Made by a program: the position numbers and the translations under genes. A stretch of DNA of 64,000 nt from Oligoflexia bacterium (GTDB taxonomy: Bacteria; Bdellovibrionota; Bdellovibrionia; JABDDW01), in the NCBI GenBank assembly GCA_043732305.1, contig JAYTHU010000075.1, positions 12,849 to 76,848 of the forward strand, written 5' to 3'. This document shows, one piece after another, positions 45,373-56,061 of this stretch. The notes beneath the pieces are model-generated. The model worked only from the letters and a program-made list of their open reading frames with translations. It had not been told where the DNA came from and made no database searches. Within the stretch, counting starts at the first letter, position 1. Every line of letters begins with the position of its first letter.

Positions 45373-46791
45373 TTAGCTCGCCACAAAAACGATATTACGA
45401 GATTTATTTTTTCCGACATACATAGCTTGATCTGCCATTTCTAAAATTTGTTCTTTGGTAGTGGCATGTTCGGGGAAGCTTGCAATTCCAATACTTAAAG
45501 TCACTTTGATTTGAGTGCCTTCGATATCGAATACACTTTCCTCCACTTGCTTACGCGTTCGCTCTGCCACAACCTTGGCTTGTTCGGCGTTGGAGCCTAC
45601 GAGCACCATGATGAATTCATCGCCGCCATACCGGAAACCATAATCCACAGTGCGAATATTGTCATTGATGATTTTTGAAAGTTTTTTGAGAACTTTACTT
45701 CCCACCACATGACCACGATTGTCATTCACGCGCTTGAAATGATCTATGTCCATGAATAGAACCGAGAAAGAAGTGTTTGATCTCTGGGCGCGATTGATTT
45801 CTTTATCGAGGGCCAATTTTAAATAACGCTGATTGTAAAGTTCGGTGAGGTCATCAATATAACTCATATCTTTGAGTTGCATGAAGCTTAGAACTTTTTC
45901 ACAGTAGCGAGTCAACGAGCGCTGCAACAGGGGTAAAACTTCATTCAGCAACTTAGCGCCATGATTCTGAGGTTCGATAATAAAAACGTGCCCCAAAACT
46001 TTGCCTGTTTCTAAGGATGCAATCGGAACCACGATGAAATCTGAATGTCTTTGGCCAACATTCTGGGGATCTATGTGCAGATGACTCTGGATTTGTTTTT
46101 CCCAACCTATAGGCAAGGAAGTACAAGCAGATTTTAAAAAATTCTGAATTTCAACAGGAGTAGTGTACTTCGCCGCAATCACTCGATGCTCTTCTTCTAT
46201 AAATGAAGTGAGATTGTAAACTTCCGCTTCATGAAGATCTTTTCTTTGAAAAACGAGGGCTTCACCGGCATCAAAAAATAAAACGTTTCCGGCTTTAAAA
46301 AGATCCATAAAAAGAAGAGTTGCTTTTTGTTTAAGATCAAAAAAAGTCTGGCAATCGATAAGCTCTTCCATAGATTCACGAACATCCAAAAGATTTTTAT
46401 AATGAGTGTTTTGCTGGTCCATGTTGCCAAGAAAAATAAGTTTATTCACTTTATTGATAAATGCTTTTTGGGATGGCAGTGGCCTCATCTTCTGATGAAA
46501 GGCGCCTTTAAACTGGCGCTGAAAATCTTCCGCTAAAGGACCCACCGCAATGTGAAGACTTGGAAATTTTGGATGAGCTTGAAAAATCTCTTCGCATATT
46601 TTCCAATAAGTCTTTGTGTGGTGACTGCAATGAATGAGTGCTTTTGCATCGCCCACATTTATTGCGGCCATGGCTTCTTTGATTGACTGGGGAGCAACGA
46701 CTTCAAAGCCCGCATTGATCAAAGCTTGCACTAATTTTTTATTTGTTTGAGGTTCATCATCGAAAATGAGAACCCGGCGCTTGTCACTCAT
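45373..46791 (-). CDS. Pseudo-receiver + GGDEF diguanylate cyclase (DgcA-like architecture)
   Basis: VLIFDDE receiver start, RTVD I-site, GGDEF. Confidence 0.88.
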   Translation of the reverse strand: MSDKRRVLIFDDEPQTNKKLVQALINAGFEVVAPQSIKEAMAAINVGDAKALIHCSHHTKTYWKICEEIFQAHPKFPSLHIAVGPLAEDFQRQFKGAFHQKMRPLPSQKAFINKVNKLIFLGNMDQQNTHYKNLLDVRESMEELIDCQTFFDLKQKATLLFMDLFKAGNVLFFDAGEALVFQRKDLHEAEVYNLTSFIEEEHRVIAAKYTTPVEIQNFLKSACTSLPIGWEKQIQSHLHIDPQNVGQRHSDFIVVPIASLETGKVLGHVFIIEPQNHGAKLLNEVLPLLQRSLTRYCEKVLSFMQLKDMSYIDDLTELYNQRYLKLALDKEINRAQRSNTSFSVLFMDIDHFKRVNDNRGHVVGSKVLKKLSKIINDNIRTVDYGFRYGGDEFIMVLVGSNAEQAKVVAERTRKQVEESVFDIEGTQIKVTLSIGIASFPEHATTKEQILEMADQAMYVGKNKSRNIVFVAS

Positions 46792-47713
46792 CTTTTTCGC
46801 CACCCTCCATGATGCTGAGGGCAAGTCTTAAAGCTTTAACAGTACGCGCGTGACGCTCGCGCCACTCATCCATTATTGAATTGGATTTAGTGGTTTGAGA
46901 TTTGTAATTGTCTATTTCAAATTGTAATTGATCAAGCTTACGTCTGAGATCCATAAGCATTTCGTCTTTAGCCCTAAAGACAGCGACGCTTTCGGCTTTG
47001 ATAATAATGTTTTTGCTTTCGTAATCACGTTCTCGATTACGAATTTTCTTAAGCTCTTCACGAAATCTCAAATCTATTTCGTCAAGCTTTGAACGGACCT
47101 CAATCAATTCTTTTTCTTTTGCCTTCAAACGTTCTTGATGCACGATTTTTTCTTCTTCTAAAATTTCAATTTTCTGTTTCTGCTTGTGTTCCGCATTCTC
47201 AAGCTGAGTCTTAAGTTCGTTTGTTGTTTTTTGCAGAGACTCAGAAGTAAGTAAAAGTTCGGAAACGTCATTACGTAGATCGTCGCGCTCTTTTTCCAAT
47301 TCAAGTATTCGAACCTGCGCTACTCGCAAAGCTTCACTGCTACCAACAAAATTTGAGACGTTTTCCAAAAGAGCTGATTTTCCGACAGCCTGATTTGCAG
47401 AGGACATCGCAGAAATGGACTGCGGTGCTAAGCCAGGTTTTTGCGCCGGCACCCGAATCGGAGTAGCGGCGGCTTTCACAACTTGAGCAACTTCAACCAC
47501 CTGTGCAGGCGGTGTGACTTGTTTAATAGAGGAACTATTGCTTGGCAGTTGATACACGGCTGAGGCTGAAGTGGATTGGGTCATTGGTAAAGCAGCACTC
47601 TTGATTTCAGCTTTCGCTGAAACCGCATTTCCACTCGATGCTTTTTGCTTAGTTTCACTTTGCAAAAAGTCGGCGAAATCTTTAGCTATGTCCCTCTTCT
47701 TATTTGCATTCAT
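46784..47713 (-). CDS. Coiled-coil hypothetical protein
   Basis: Low-complexity N-terminus, long heptad region; overlaps the DGC start. Confidence 0.8.
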   Translation of the reverse strand: MNANKKRDIAKDFADFLQSETKQKASSGNAVSAKAEIKSAALPMTQSTSASAVYQLPSNSSSIKQVTPPAQVVEVAQVVKAAATPIRVPAQKPGLAPQSISAMSSANQAVGKSALLENVSNFVGSSEALRVAQVRILELEKERDDLRNDVSELLLTSESLQKTTNELKTQLENAEHKQKQKIEILEEEKIVHQERLKAKEKELIEVRSKLDEIDLRFREELKKIRNRERDYESKNIIIKAESVAVFRAKDEMLMDLRRKLDQLQFEIDNYKSQTTKSNSIMDEWRERHARTVKALRLALSIMEGGEKDE

Positions 47714-47722
47714 CCAGTTGAC

Positions 47723-47749
47723 GGATCGGGTTATTGCTGGAAAAATTGA
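47723..47749 (-). promoter_or_regulatory. Putative sigma28 (FliA) promoter
   Basis: TCAATTTT-N11-CCCGATCC. Confidence 0.45.
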
Positions 47750-47766
47750 ATTTTTGGAGAATTATT

Positions 47767-48687
47767 TTACAGGTCTAGGTGAGTGACTCGTCTAAAGTCG
47801 GAGGCCCGCGATTTCAACTGTGCAGAGGTGACTGCCTTGAGACTGTTCACACTAAAGTCCTGGACAGTGAAGCTTGCGAGGAGCGATCCCTGAACCGCAG
47901 CGTTCCTTAGAGCTTCCCAGTTGAGCGTCAGTTCGTTTTGTGCGAGGTATCCCATAAATCCACCGGCAAAAGTATCGCCAGCTCCAGTGGGGTCCACCAC
48001 GTTTTTAATTGGAAATGCGGGCATCGCAAAATATTCGTTTTGATAATAAAGAATAAAACCGTACTCGCCGCGTTTTATCACTACAGCTTTGGGACCCATT
48101 TTAGAAATGAGTTCACATGCCAAAACAGTGTTTTTCACTCCAGTGAGTTGTTTTGCTTCGCCGTCATTGATGATTAGAATGTCTAACTTCGAGAGAAGTT
48201 TTTTAAGTTCATCAACCTTGGTTTGTATCCAATAATTCATGGTGTCCGCAGCCACGATCTTAGGCTTTTCAATTTGAGATAGAACATCCATTTGGATCAT
48301 AGGATCGATGTTTGCAAGAAAAACGTATTCACATTTTCGCTGGTCAGTATTCAATACGGGTTTAAATTCCGCAAAAACATTGAGTTCAGTTTTGAGAGTA
48401 GTCGCTTCGTTCATGTCGCCATTGTACTCCCCTTCCCAATGAAAAGTTTTCCCAGCCACGCAACTGATCCCTTCAATGTTCACTCCACGATCGGATAAAA
48501 GTTTTTTATCTTCTTCCCGATAATCATCCCCAACAACACCAACAACTGTGACAGGCGCAAACATGGAAGCAGCCAATCCAAAGTAATTTGCGCTTCCACC
48601 AAGGGCTGCGCTGACTTTTCCACTGGGAGTGCTCACGCTGTCATAAGCAAGACTTCCAACAACTAGAATTCTCGATTCATTTTTCAT
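47767..48687 (-). CDS. PfkB-family carbohydrate/nucleoside kinase
   Basis: LGGSA and DPTGAGDTFAGG motifs. Confidence 0.93.
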   Translation of the reverse strand: MKNESRILVVGSLAYDSVSTPSGKVSAALGGSANYFGLAASMFAPVTVVGVVGDDYREEDKKLLSDRGVNIEGISCVAGKTFHWEGEYNGDMNEATTLKTELNVFAEFKPVLNTDQRKCEYVFLANIDPMIQMDVLSQIEKPKIVAADTMNYWIQTKVDELKKLLSKLDILIINDGEAKQLTGVKNTVLACELISKMGPKAVVIKRGEYGFILYYQNEYFAMPAFPIKNVVDPTGAGDTFAGGFMGYLAQNELTLNWEALRNAAVQGSLLASFTVQDFSVNSLKAVTSAQLKSRASDFRRVTHLDL

Positions 48688-48713
48688 TTTTAAAATACCT
48701 TTCAAAAAATTTA

Positions 48714-49799
48714 TTATTGGACAGTCATCCGTTGAGGATGCTGTTCCATTTCGGAACGGAGCTGACCACAGGCTGCATAAACATCTCGTCCCATAGTTTT
48801 TCTGATGAAAACTTGTTTTCTTTTTTTCATCAAATGGCTTTGAAATTCGAGAACTTCTTTTTGTGGAGGACGGAAAAATCCAGAATCAGGATGTTCATTG
48901 AAAGGGATCAAATTGATTTTGCAAGGTATGCTGCGAGTGAGTTCTAATATTCTATCTGCATCGGCTATAGAATCATTCACCCCTTTGAGCAAAACATACT
49001 CAAAGGTAATGGGATCTCTGCATGCGGAATAATAATCCTTACAAGCATGCAGAAGTTTTTCGATATTATATTTATTGTTGATCGGCATGATCTTGCTTCT
49101 GATGGCATCCGTAGTCGCATTCAAACTGACGGCTAATCGCACGCCCGCTTGTGCCACTCGAGGAATCTGCGGCACAATACCGCTTGTGGAAATAGTGATG
49201 CGCTTCAAGCTCAAATCAATACCCTGCTGAGTATGAATGATGTCGATAGCTTTCATGACGTTTTCAACGTTGTCGAGAGGTTCGCCCATGCCCATGAAAA
49301 CAATGTTGCTGATGCGTCTGGCAGGAACTTCCCCGGCCAAACTTTTGGCAGCATTTAAAAACTGTCCTACAATTTCAGCAGTGCTCAATCTTCGCATGAG
49401 GCCCATTTCTGCGGTGAAGCAGAACTTGCAACCCATAGCACAACCGACTTCACTGGACACACAAAGTGTCAGGCGATCCATGTTGGGAATCAAAACGGCT
49501 TCAATATTTTTTCCACCTTCGACGGCCATGAGAAATTTACGAGTGCCGTCAACACTGTCCATCTGATGAACAACAGCCGGAATATTGAAATCGAGAAAAC
49601 CTTTTACTTCATCGCGAAAACGTTTTGAGAGATTAGACATCTCATCAAGATTGGTGACGCCTTTTTGATATACCCAGCGAAAGATTTGCTCCGCGCGAAA
49701 TTTTTCACTGCCGTGTTCAGCAAAGAATTCTTTGAGATCGGCAAGCGACATGTCATAGAAATTTCGCTTCTTCATTTCCGTAATTTGTAGGTTTTCCAT
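48714..49799 (-). CDS. rlmN: Radical SAM RNA methyltransferase RlmN
   Basis: CxxxCxxC (CAMGCKFC), MGMGEP, AACGQL. Confidence 0.96.
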   Translation of the reverse strand: MENLQITEMKKRNFYDMSLADLKEFFAEHGSEKFRAEQIFRWVYQKGVTNLDEMSNLSKRFRDEVKGFLDFNIPAVVHQMDSVDGTRKFLMAVEGGKNIEAVLIPNMDRLTLCVSSEVGCAMGCKFCFTAEMGLMRRLSTAEIVGQFLNAAKSLAGEVPARRISNIVFMGMGEPLDNVENVMKAIDIIHTQQGIDLSLKRITISTSGIVPQIPRVAQAGVRLAVSLNATTDAIRSKIMPINNKYNIEKLLHACKDYYSACRDPITFEYVLLKGVNDSIADADRILELTRSIPCKINLIPFNEHPDSGFFRPPQKEVLEFQSHLMKKRKQVFIRKTMGRDVYAACGQLRSEMEQHPQRMTVQ

Positions 49800-49846
49800 A
49801 GGGGCGGAAGATACCACATAGACACGTCTCAGGATAGGTCTATCGC

Positions 49847-50037
49847 TCTAGAGTCATCTAACCTTAAAGTGAACGTGGTTCCAGCGTTCGGAGAAGTCGA
49901 GACTTATCAATATGATAGAACGGTTCAAAAATGAGAGATTGCTTACCTGCTGGAATACGAAATCCATGATCGCGGTCTAAAAAGCCACCAGATTTCAAAA
50001 CGATGGAAGACGGAATCACTTCGCCGTACTCTTTGGT
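49847..50037 (-). pseudogene. Sensor histidine kinase HATPase remnant
   Basis: DHGFRIPAGKQSLIFEPFYHIDKSR, then in a shifted frame STSPNAGTTFTLRL; G2 box missing. Confidence 0.65.
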
Positions 50038-50074
50038 TCACCGCAAAACAGAAATGTTATGCGGCAACGCATGG

Positions 50075-51562
50075 TCACTGAACGCGGTTTTCTCCGATAG
50101 CTACGGCCAGCGCAAGATCTTGAAGTTGGAAATTTACCAAAGCTTGAGCGCGCGATGATTCAGCCTGAACCAAAGTTGTTTGCGTGGTGATCAAGTCTAA
50201 AAAGCTGGCGGATCCGACCCCGTAACGCCCGTCCATCACTTCGTAAGCTTTTTGTGCGGCATTGACACCTTTTCTAGAGGAATTCAATTGCTGAACGGCA
50301 GTGACGTAATCGCCATAGACCCGCTTCACATCGCCTTGAACCTGCAAGTGTTTATTTCTAGCGTCAATGTCATAATTGCCGGCTATGAGTTGCGCTTGAC
50401 TGACGTTTTGGTTGGTTACAAATCTGTCGAAAATATTCCAAGTGAGAGTCACGCCAACCGAGTACACCGTTTGGTTGGAAAGTTGGGATTCCAAAGGTGT
50501 TTGAGACGAGGGAACCACGCCCAATCCGTTTACTGACTGATCATAAAGACGATGACCAGCAGATTGAAGGCCCGCTACGAAATCTATTCTTGGCAAATAT
50601 GTTCCAAACGCTGTGTTCACATCTAGTGAAGTAGCGCGCGCAATATTATCAGACGCTTTCAGGTCAAAGCGATTTCTCATGGCTTGAGCCACTAGCATTT
50701 CTTCACTCTTGATACTTTGAACAGCTTTTGTTTCAGGAAGATCAGGGGTTACAAAATGATATTTCATACCCACGTCCAATCGCAGTTTTTGCAGCAAAGT
50801 CACTTGATCAGTCCGAGTTTTATTTTGTGCAGACAAAACTGCCGACTCGTCTTGACTTGTCTGAGCTTGTTGGCGAAAAAGATCAGAAAGATTTCTCACG
50901 CCCACTTCTGTTTGCTCTCGCAAAAGATCTTCACGCGCTTGAGAAGCTTGATAATTTTTCTTGGCCACATCTAGAAGCTTATAATCCAGTATCACTTGCA
51001 AAAAAGATTGGGCGACATCCAGTGAAATTTCTTGCTTGGCTCGCTCAACCGTCAATTGGCTCGCGTCTTTTTTAAGAAGTGCTGATTTCAAATTATTGAT
51101 ATCTGACAAACCGTTGAAAATATTTAAATCTGCAGTCACTGCATAACTCGCGTTGATGGCAGAACCAGTCACAAAAGTTGGAGTGAAGGCTGTAGAATAA
51201 ACAGTTCCAGTATTATAGTTGTAAGCGCCGGAGCCTACAACACTTGGCAAAAACTGTCCGTAAGCTTGAAGCAATCTTGCGCCATTGAACATCAAATCAT
51301 TGTCAGCCTTGAGCACTGTTGTTGCTCCTAAAATAGCAATGCGAATGCTTTCGTCTAACGTCAGATTTTTTCCATCCCCACGATCCATATTCAATTCAGA
51401 AAATTTAGGGATCGCAAGTGGCACCGAAGGCTGAGCAGAAAGTTGAGTTGAAGGCGCTGCAGATTCTATTGGAGTTGGCATAGGTTCTGGTTTCGTTTTT
51501 ACCTTTGCGTCAGCGACAGAACTTAGACAGATCAATAATGACATTGCAGAAATAAAAATCAT
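50075..51562 (-). CDS. TolC-family outer-membrane efflux protein
   Basis: Signal peptide, two OEP repeats, Y.VG..SFLDL. Confidence 0.9.
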   Translation of the reverse strand: MIFISAMSLLICLSSVADAKVKTKPEPMPTPIESAAPSTQLSAQPSVPLAIPKFSELNMDRGDGKNLTLDESIRIAILGATTVLKADNDLMFNGARLLQAYGQFLPSVVGSGAYNYNTGTVYSTAFTPTFVTGSAINASYAVTADLNIFNGLSDINNLKSALLKKDASQLTVERAKQEISLDVAQSFLQVILDYKLLDVAKKNYQASQAREDLLREQTEVGVRNLSDLFRQQAQTSQDESAVLSAQNKTRTDQVTLLQKLRLDVGMKYHFVTPDLPETKAVQSIKSEEMLVAQAMRNRFDLKASDNIARATSLDVNTAFGTYLPRIDFVAGLQSAGHRLYDQSVNGLGVVPSSQTPLESQLSNQTVYSVGVTLTWNIFDRFVTNQNVSQAQLIAGNYDIDARNKHLQVQGDVKRVYGDYVTAVQQLNSSRKGVNAAQKAYEVMDGRYGVGSASFLDLITTQTTLVQAESSRAQALVNFQLQDLALAVAIGENRVQ

Positions 51563-52743
51563 TTCGGCTTGTCCCCCTCAACGAGAGGCCTTACTTTTCC
51601 ACCTTCGGGAATTGTATCTGAAACGTTAAGGGCTACGGTATCACCAACATTGACTCCTGAAGCGATCAAGATCATTTTGCCATCATTATTAATTACATTG
51701 ACGGCCTTGAATGTAATTTGGTTTGAAGGCGTAACAACGGTCAAAAATGTTTTGTCATTTTTTAGGACTAATGATTCCACTGGCGCCTGTAGATAAGGTG
51801 GTGAATCCACTTTAAGTGAAACGCTCACAAAGCTACCGGCAACCAAATCCTTTTTGTCATTTTCCAAATCGATTTCCGTCAAAAGCATTTTAGTTCGAGG
51901 ATCAAGTTCGCCCGAGACTCGACTGACCTTCCCTAAAACTTTAAAGCCAGGACGCTCTGCCGTGGTGATTTCTACCGGCGCATCTTTAGCCACGTAAGCG
52001 GCGTCATGCTGATCAACAAAAACATCAACTCGCAATCGATTGATAGTAGATACCGTGACGAGTGGAAGTGCACTCGTCTGAGCATTGGTCGCATTTTGGA
52101 CCAATGCCCCTGGATCTGCGAATCGAGATGTCACGGTACCGGCAAAAGGAGCTCGAATTGTTTTATAACTCTTCAAAGTTTCTTCCGCTCTCAATCGAGC
52201 AGAGGCGATGTCAGAGTCCGCGCGAGATTGATCAAATTCCTGCTGAGAGACAAGTTTTTTAGTGAAAAGCAAATCCATGCGTTTAGCTACCGCAACTTTA
52301 TTTCTAGCATCTGCTTTTGTCGCCTCATAAGCCTGATCGGTTTCCGGAGATTCAATGACGGCGAGAATTTGCCCCTCTTTGACGACATCTCCCTTATCCA
52401 CATTCACTGATTTTAAATATCCACTGACCTTGGCATAGAGGGTGGCTTCAGCGTAGGGACGAGTTTCTCCAATGAGAATAACATTGTGACCGCCCGGAGA
52501 CTGGCCGACCTTGGTGACACGAATTTGTGGACCAGCAGCGATTTCGGCGGCGCGCACGCGTTCTTCTTTTTTGACAAGCGTCCATTTGACAAAAACAATA
52601 GCGAACAAGAGTACGGCAATAGCGAGCAACGATCTTCGCAAAATCTTTTTTGCGCGCGGGGGAGCTTGGTCCATGGCTTGGTTATAAGAATGGTGTGCGG
52701 CAATCCATGATTTCATAGTCTGTTTTTTGATCTTTTTAATCAC
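51559..52743 (-). CDS. RND periplasmic adaptor (MFP)
   Basis: YAKVSGYL..V.VDKGD, IRAPFAG. Confidence 0.93.
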   Translation of the reverse strand: MIKKIKKQTMKSWIAAHHSYNQAMDQAPPRAKKILRRSLLAIAVLLFAIVFVKWTLVKKEERVRAAEIAAGPQIRVTKVGQSPGGHNVILIGETRPYAEATLYAKVSGYLKSVNVDKGDVVKEGQILAVIESPETDQAYEATKADARNKVAVAKRMDLLFTKKLVSQQEFDQSRADSDIASARLRAEETLKSYKTIRAPFAGTVTSRFADPGALVQNATNAQTSALPLVTVSTINRLRVDVFVDQHDAAYVAKDAPVEITTAERPGFKVLGKVSRVSGELDPRTKMLLTEIDLENDKKDLVAGSFVSVSLKVDSPPYLQAPVESLVLKNDKTFLTVVTPSNQITFKAVNVINNDGKMILIASGVNVGDTVALNVSDTIPEGGKVRPLVEGDKPK

Positions 52744-55700
52744 ACTATTCTTCCTTCACTTTCTTCACGTAATTTTTGATCCAATAATTCTTTGGTAGGT
52801 AAACCAGTTCTCAAGAGGGAATAAACCACTGGCACCACAAATAAAGTTACAATCGTTGCGACTAAGAGTCCGCCAATAACGGCTCGACCCAGAGGGGCGT
52901 TCTGTTCGCCACCTTCACCTAAAGCTAATGCCGCAGGCAGCATGCCGATGATCATTGCAAGAGCAGTCATGATAACGGGGCGGAGCCGAGTTTTTCCTGA
53001 TTCAAAGGCTGCTTCTAAAGCAGAAAGCTTCTTGGTCACTCTGACTTCATTGGCAAAACTAACAAGCAAAATTGAATTCGAAGCAGCAATACCAACCGCC
53101 ATGATAGCGCCCATGAAAGATTCAACATTAATTGTGGTTCCAGTAAGAAGGAGCATCCACAAGATTCCGCAAAGCGCACCTGGCACCGCGACCATAACAA
53201 TAAAAGGATCTAGCCAAGATTGAAAGAACACAACCATCAACAAGTACACGAGTAAAATCGCGACGACTAATCCCAAACCAAGTTGCTTGAACGCCTGATT
53301 CATGACAGCGCCTTGTCCACGAATTGAAATTTTCATTCCTGGTTTCAGTGTTCCCAAACTGTCGATAGCTTTCTGAATGTCTTTTGTCACGGCGCCTAGA
53401 TCTCGGCTCTCCGCACTTGCCGTGACGTTTACAACTCTTTGAACTGCTGAGTGACTGATTGAATCAAGAACAGTGAGAGGAGTCAAATCTGCCAGATTAC
53501 CTAATCGTTGAGTTGTCCCACCTTGCAGTAAAGAATACCCGCCACGATTTGCAGTCAGTGAACTCACCAGAATATCTCCACTCTTGGTGATCGGAGTGTT
53601 CAGGATATCTGAAACTCTGGACAGTTTTTCAAGAGGAGTCTTAACAACAACAGTGTAGTTCACTCCATTCTGCGGATTCAGAAAATATGAGGGAGCAACC
53701 AACGCACTTGACGAAAGCGAAACAATCATGCTGTTTGCGATATCAAGTTGTTTAATTCCTAACTGTGCCGCTTTAATTCGATCCACGTTCAATTTCAAAC
53801 TTGGATAGTTGAACACCTGCTTGAGAGCGATGTCCTCTAGACCAGCAATTGATTTCATTTTCACGATGAGTCTTTGCGCGACGGCATAAGATTCCATAAC
53901 ATCTAGAAATTCTATTTGCACATCAATCGGCGCACTCAAACCAAAGTTTAAAACTTGGTTCACAATATCTGCCGGCTGGAAAAATAATATAGAAGCTGGA
54001 AACTCTACAGCCAACTGCTTCCGAATTTCCTTCATGTATTTGACTGTAGGATGATGATCTTCTTTAAGGGCAACAGAAATTTCCGCATCCATACCACCAA
54101 CGTTGTCGGTTGGAACAAACGCCAAGTTGTACGAAATAGGAAGACCAATCATTGAGTTGACTGTCATGACTTCATCTTCAGGAATTATTTTTCGAATTAT
54201 TTCTTCGGCTTTTGCTACCTGTCTTTCGGTTTCTTCGATTCGGGTTCCAACCGGTGCACGGTAATGCAATTTCATCAGTCCGGTGTCAGTTGCTGGGAAA
54301 AAGTCTTGGCCAATGAAGGCCGGAATAATGAAACTGATGAGAGCAAAACCTAAAGCTCCCCAAAGTACGAAGGATCTATAAGCGAGGCAAAATTCTAAAC
54401 CTCGAACGTAAGCGCTTTGTAATTTTGCAAAAGCGGCCTCAAACTTATCAAAAATGGTTTCCTTTTTAGGCTTAGCATTGTGAGTTTCAATTTTATGAGC
54501 ATCATCATGCGCCAAATGAACGGGCTCATTAACTAGAAGCATTCGCGAAAGTGTCGGAACTAAAGTTCTGGAAAGAACATATGAAGCCATCATAGAAATG
54601 ACGACGGAAAGTGCCATTGGGATAAATAGGAAAAGCGCGGGCCCGGTCAGCAGTATAACTGGAAAGAAGACAATACAAATGGCAAGTGTCGCCATAATCG
54701 CCGGCAAAGCGACCTCAGCAGATCCGTCGATGATAGCTACAGTCAAAGATTTTCCGAGTGATCGATTGCGGTGAATATTTTCAACCGCAACAGTGGCATC
54801 GTCGACAAGCATACCAATAGCAAGTGAGAGTCCGCCAAGAGTCATAATATTGATTGTGTTGCCTAAAAGTTTCAACCCAATGATGGCCGTGAAAATAGCT
54901 GCAGGTATAGAAGTACAAACAATGATGACGCTTCTCCAGCTACCGAGGAACATCAAAATCATAAGCGAAACCAAAAGTCCTGAGATCAAAGCTTCGCGGA
55001 AAACACCACTGATAGCATTCTTAACAAAAATCGATTGGTCGAAATCCAATCGCATTCCAAAGCCTTTTGGCGCGAGTGCTTGCAACTCGGGCAAGAGTTT
55101 TTTCACCGAATTGACAACTTCTAGTGTGGAAGCGTCAGCTTTTTTCAAAAGATTCAAATATGAAGACCGCTTGCCATTCACGCGAACGATATTTGTTTGA
55201 TCGGCATAAGCATCCGATATTTTAGCCACATCACCCAAAGTCATGGGTGCGCCATTGACAACTTTTATAGGAATTTTATTAAAGTCACTGACGGTGTCAG
55301 GACTTGAATTCAACATCACATTATATTCAAGATTTCCAATTCTGGCGGTTCCTGCAGGCAAAATAATATTTGATCCATTCAACGCCGTGACCACATCTTG
55401 AGGTGATAAACCTTTGGATTCTAAAATCTCAGGACTAATATCTATATTAACCTGACGATTTTTGCCTCCGTAGGGAGCTGGAATGGAAAGTCCCGGAATG
55501 GTGAAAAGTTTGACTCGCAAAAAGTTCAATCCATAATCGAATAATTTTTCTTCAGGCAAAGTGTCACTGAAAAGTGTGAGCTGGGCGACAGGAACATTGG
55601 AAGCATTAAATTTCAAAATTGTGGGAGCAGTCATTCCAGGTGGAAGTGAGCGAACAATCAGCGAACAAGTCGCACTGATTTGAGCGATAGCCTCCCCAAT

Positions 55701-56003
55701 ATTTGTTCCATCTTCGAAAGAAACACGAAGCAGTCCAATTCCAGGAAGTGCGGTGGATTCGATATTTTTAATGCCACCGACTGTCGTCGACATTGCGCGC
55801 TCGGTGATGAAAACAACCCGCCGCTCCATATCGTAAGCCGACAAACCCGGATAAGCCCAGATGACTCCAACCACGGGAATATTGATAGCTGGAAAAATAT
55901 CGACCGGCATATCTTTAAGACAAAGCAATCCTCCCAGGAAAAGGAGAATGACACTGACGGCAATGGTGTATGGCCTACGAAGGGCTAAATAAACAATCCA
56001 CAT
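52740..56003 (-). CDS. RND efflux permease
   Basis: LVDDA, RLRPVIMT, PLGRAVIGG. Confidence 0.95.
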   Translation of the reverse strand: MWIVYLALRRPYTIAVSVILLFLGGLLCLKDMPVDIFPAINIPVVGVIWAYPGLSAYDMERRVVFITERAMSTTVGGIKNIESTALPGIGLLRVSFEDGTNIGEAIAQISATCSLIVRSLPPGMTAPTILKFNASNVPVAQLTLFSDTLPEEKLFDYGLNFLRVKLFTIPGLSIPAPYGGKNRQVNIDISPEILESKGLSPQDVVTALNGSNIILPAGTARIGNLEYNVMLNSSPDTVSDFNKIPIKVVNGAPMTLGDVAKISDAYADQTNIVRVNGKRSSYLNLLKKADASTLEVVNSVKKLLPELQALAPKGFGMRLDFDQSIFVKNAISGVFREALISGLLVSLMILMFLGSWRSVIIVCTSIPAAIFTAIIGLKLLGNTINIMTLGGLSLAIGMLVDDATVAVENIHRNRSLGKSLTVAIIDGSAEVALPAIMATLAICIVFFPVILLTGPALFLFIPMALSVVISMMASYVLSRTLVPTLSRMLLVNEPVHLAHDDAHKIETHNAKPKKETIFDKFEAAFAKLQSAYVRGLEFCLAYRSFVLWGALGFALISFIIPAFIGQDFFPATDTGLMKLHYRAPVGTRIEETERQVAKAEEIIRKIIPEDEVMTVNSMIGLPISYNLAFVPTDNVGGMDAEISVALKEDHHPTVKYMKEIRKQLAVEFPASILFFQPADIVNQVLNFGLSAPIDVQIEFLDVMESYAVAQRLIVKMKSIAGLEDIALKQVFNYPSLKLNVDRIKAAQLGIKQLDIANSMIVSLSSSALVAPSYFLNPQNGVNYTVVVKTPLEKLSRVSDILNTPITKSGDILVSSLTANRGGYSLLQGGTTQRLGNLADLTPLTVLDSISHSAVQRVVNVTASAESRDLGAVTKDIQKAIDSLGTLKPGMKISIRGQGAVMNQAFKQLGLGLVVAILLVYLLMVVFFQSWLDPFIVMVAVPGALCGILWMLLLTGTTINVESFMGAIMAVGIAASNSILLVSFANEVRVTKKLSALEAAFESGKTRLRPVIMTALAMIIGMLPAALALGEGGEQNAPLGRAVIGGLLVATIVTLFVVPVVYSLLRTGLPTKELLDQKLREESEGRIV

Positions 56004-56061
56004 GAGTGCACCTATATATTATTTTGGGGCGGAAGTCACACTCTGGACACTATAAGTACTC

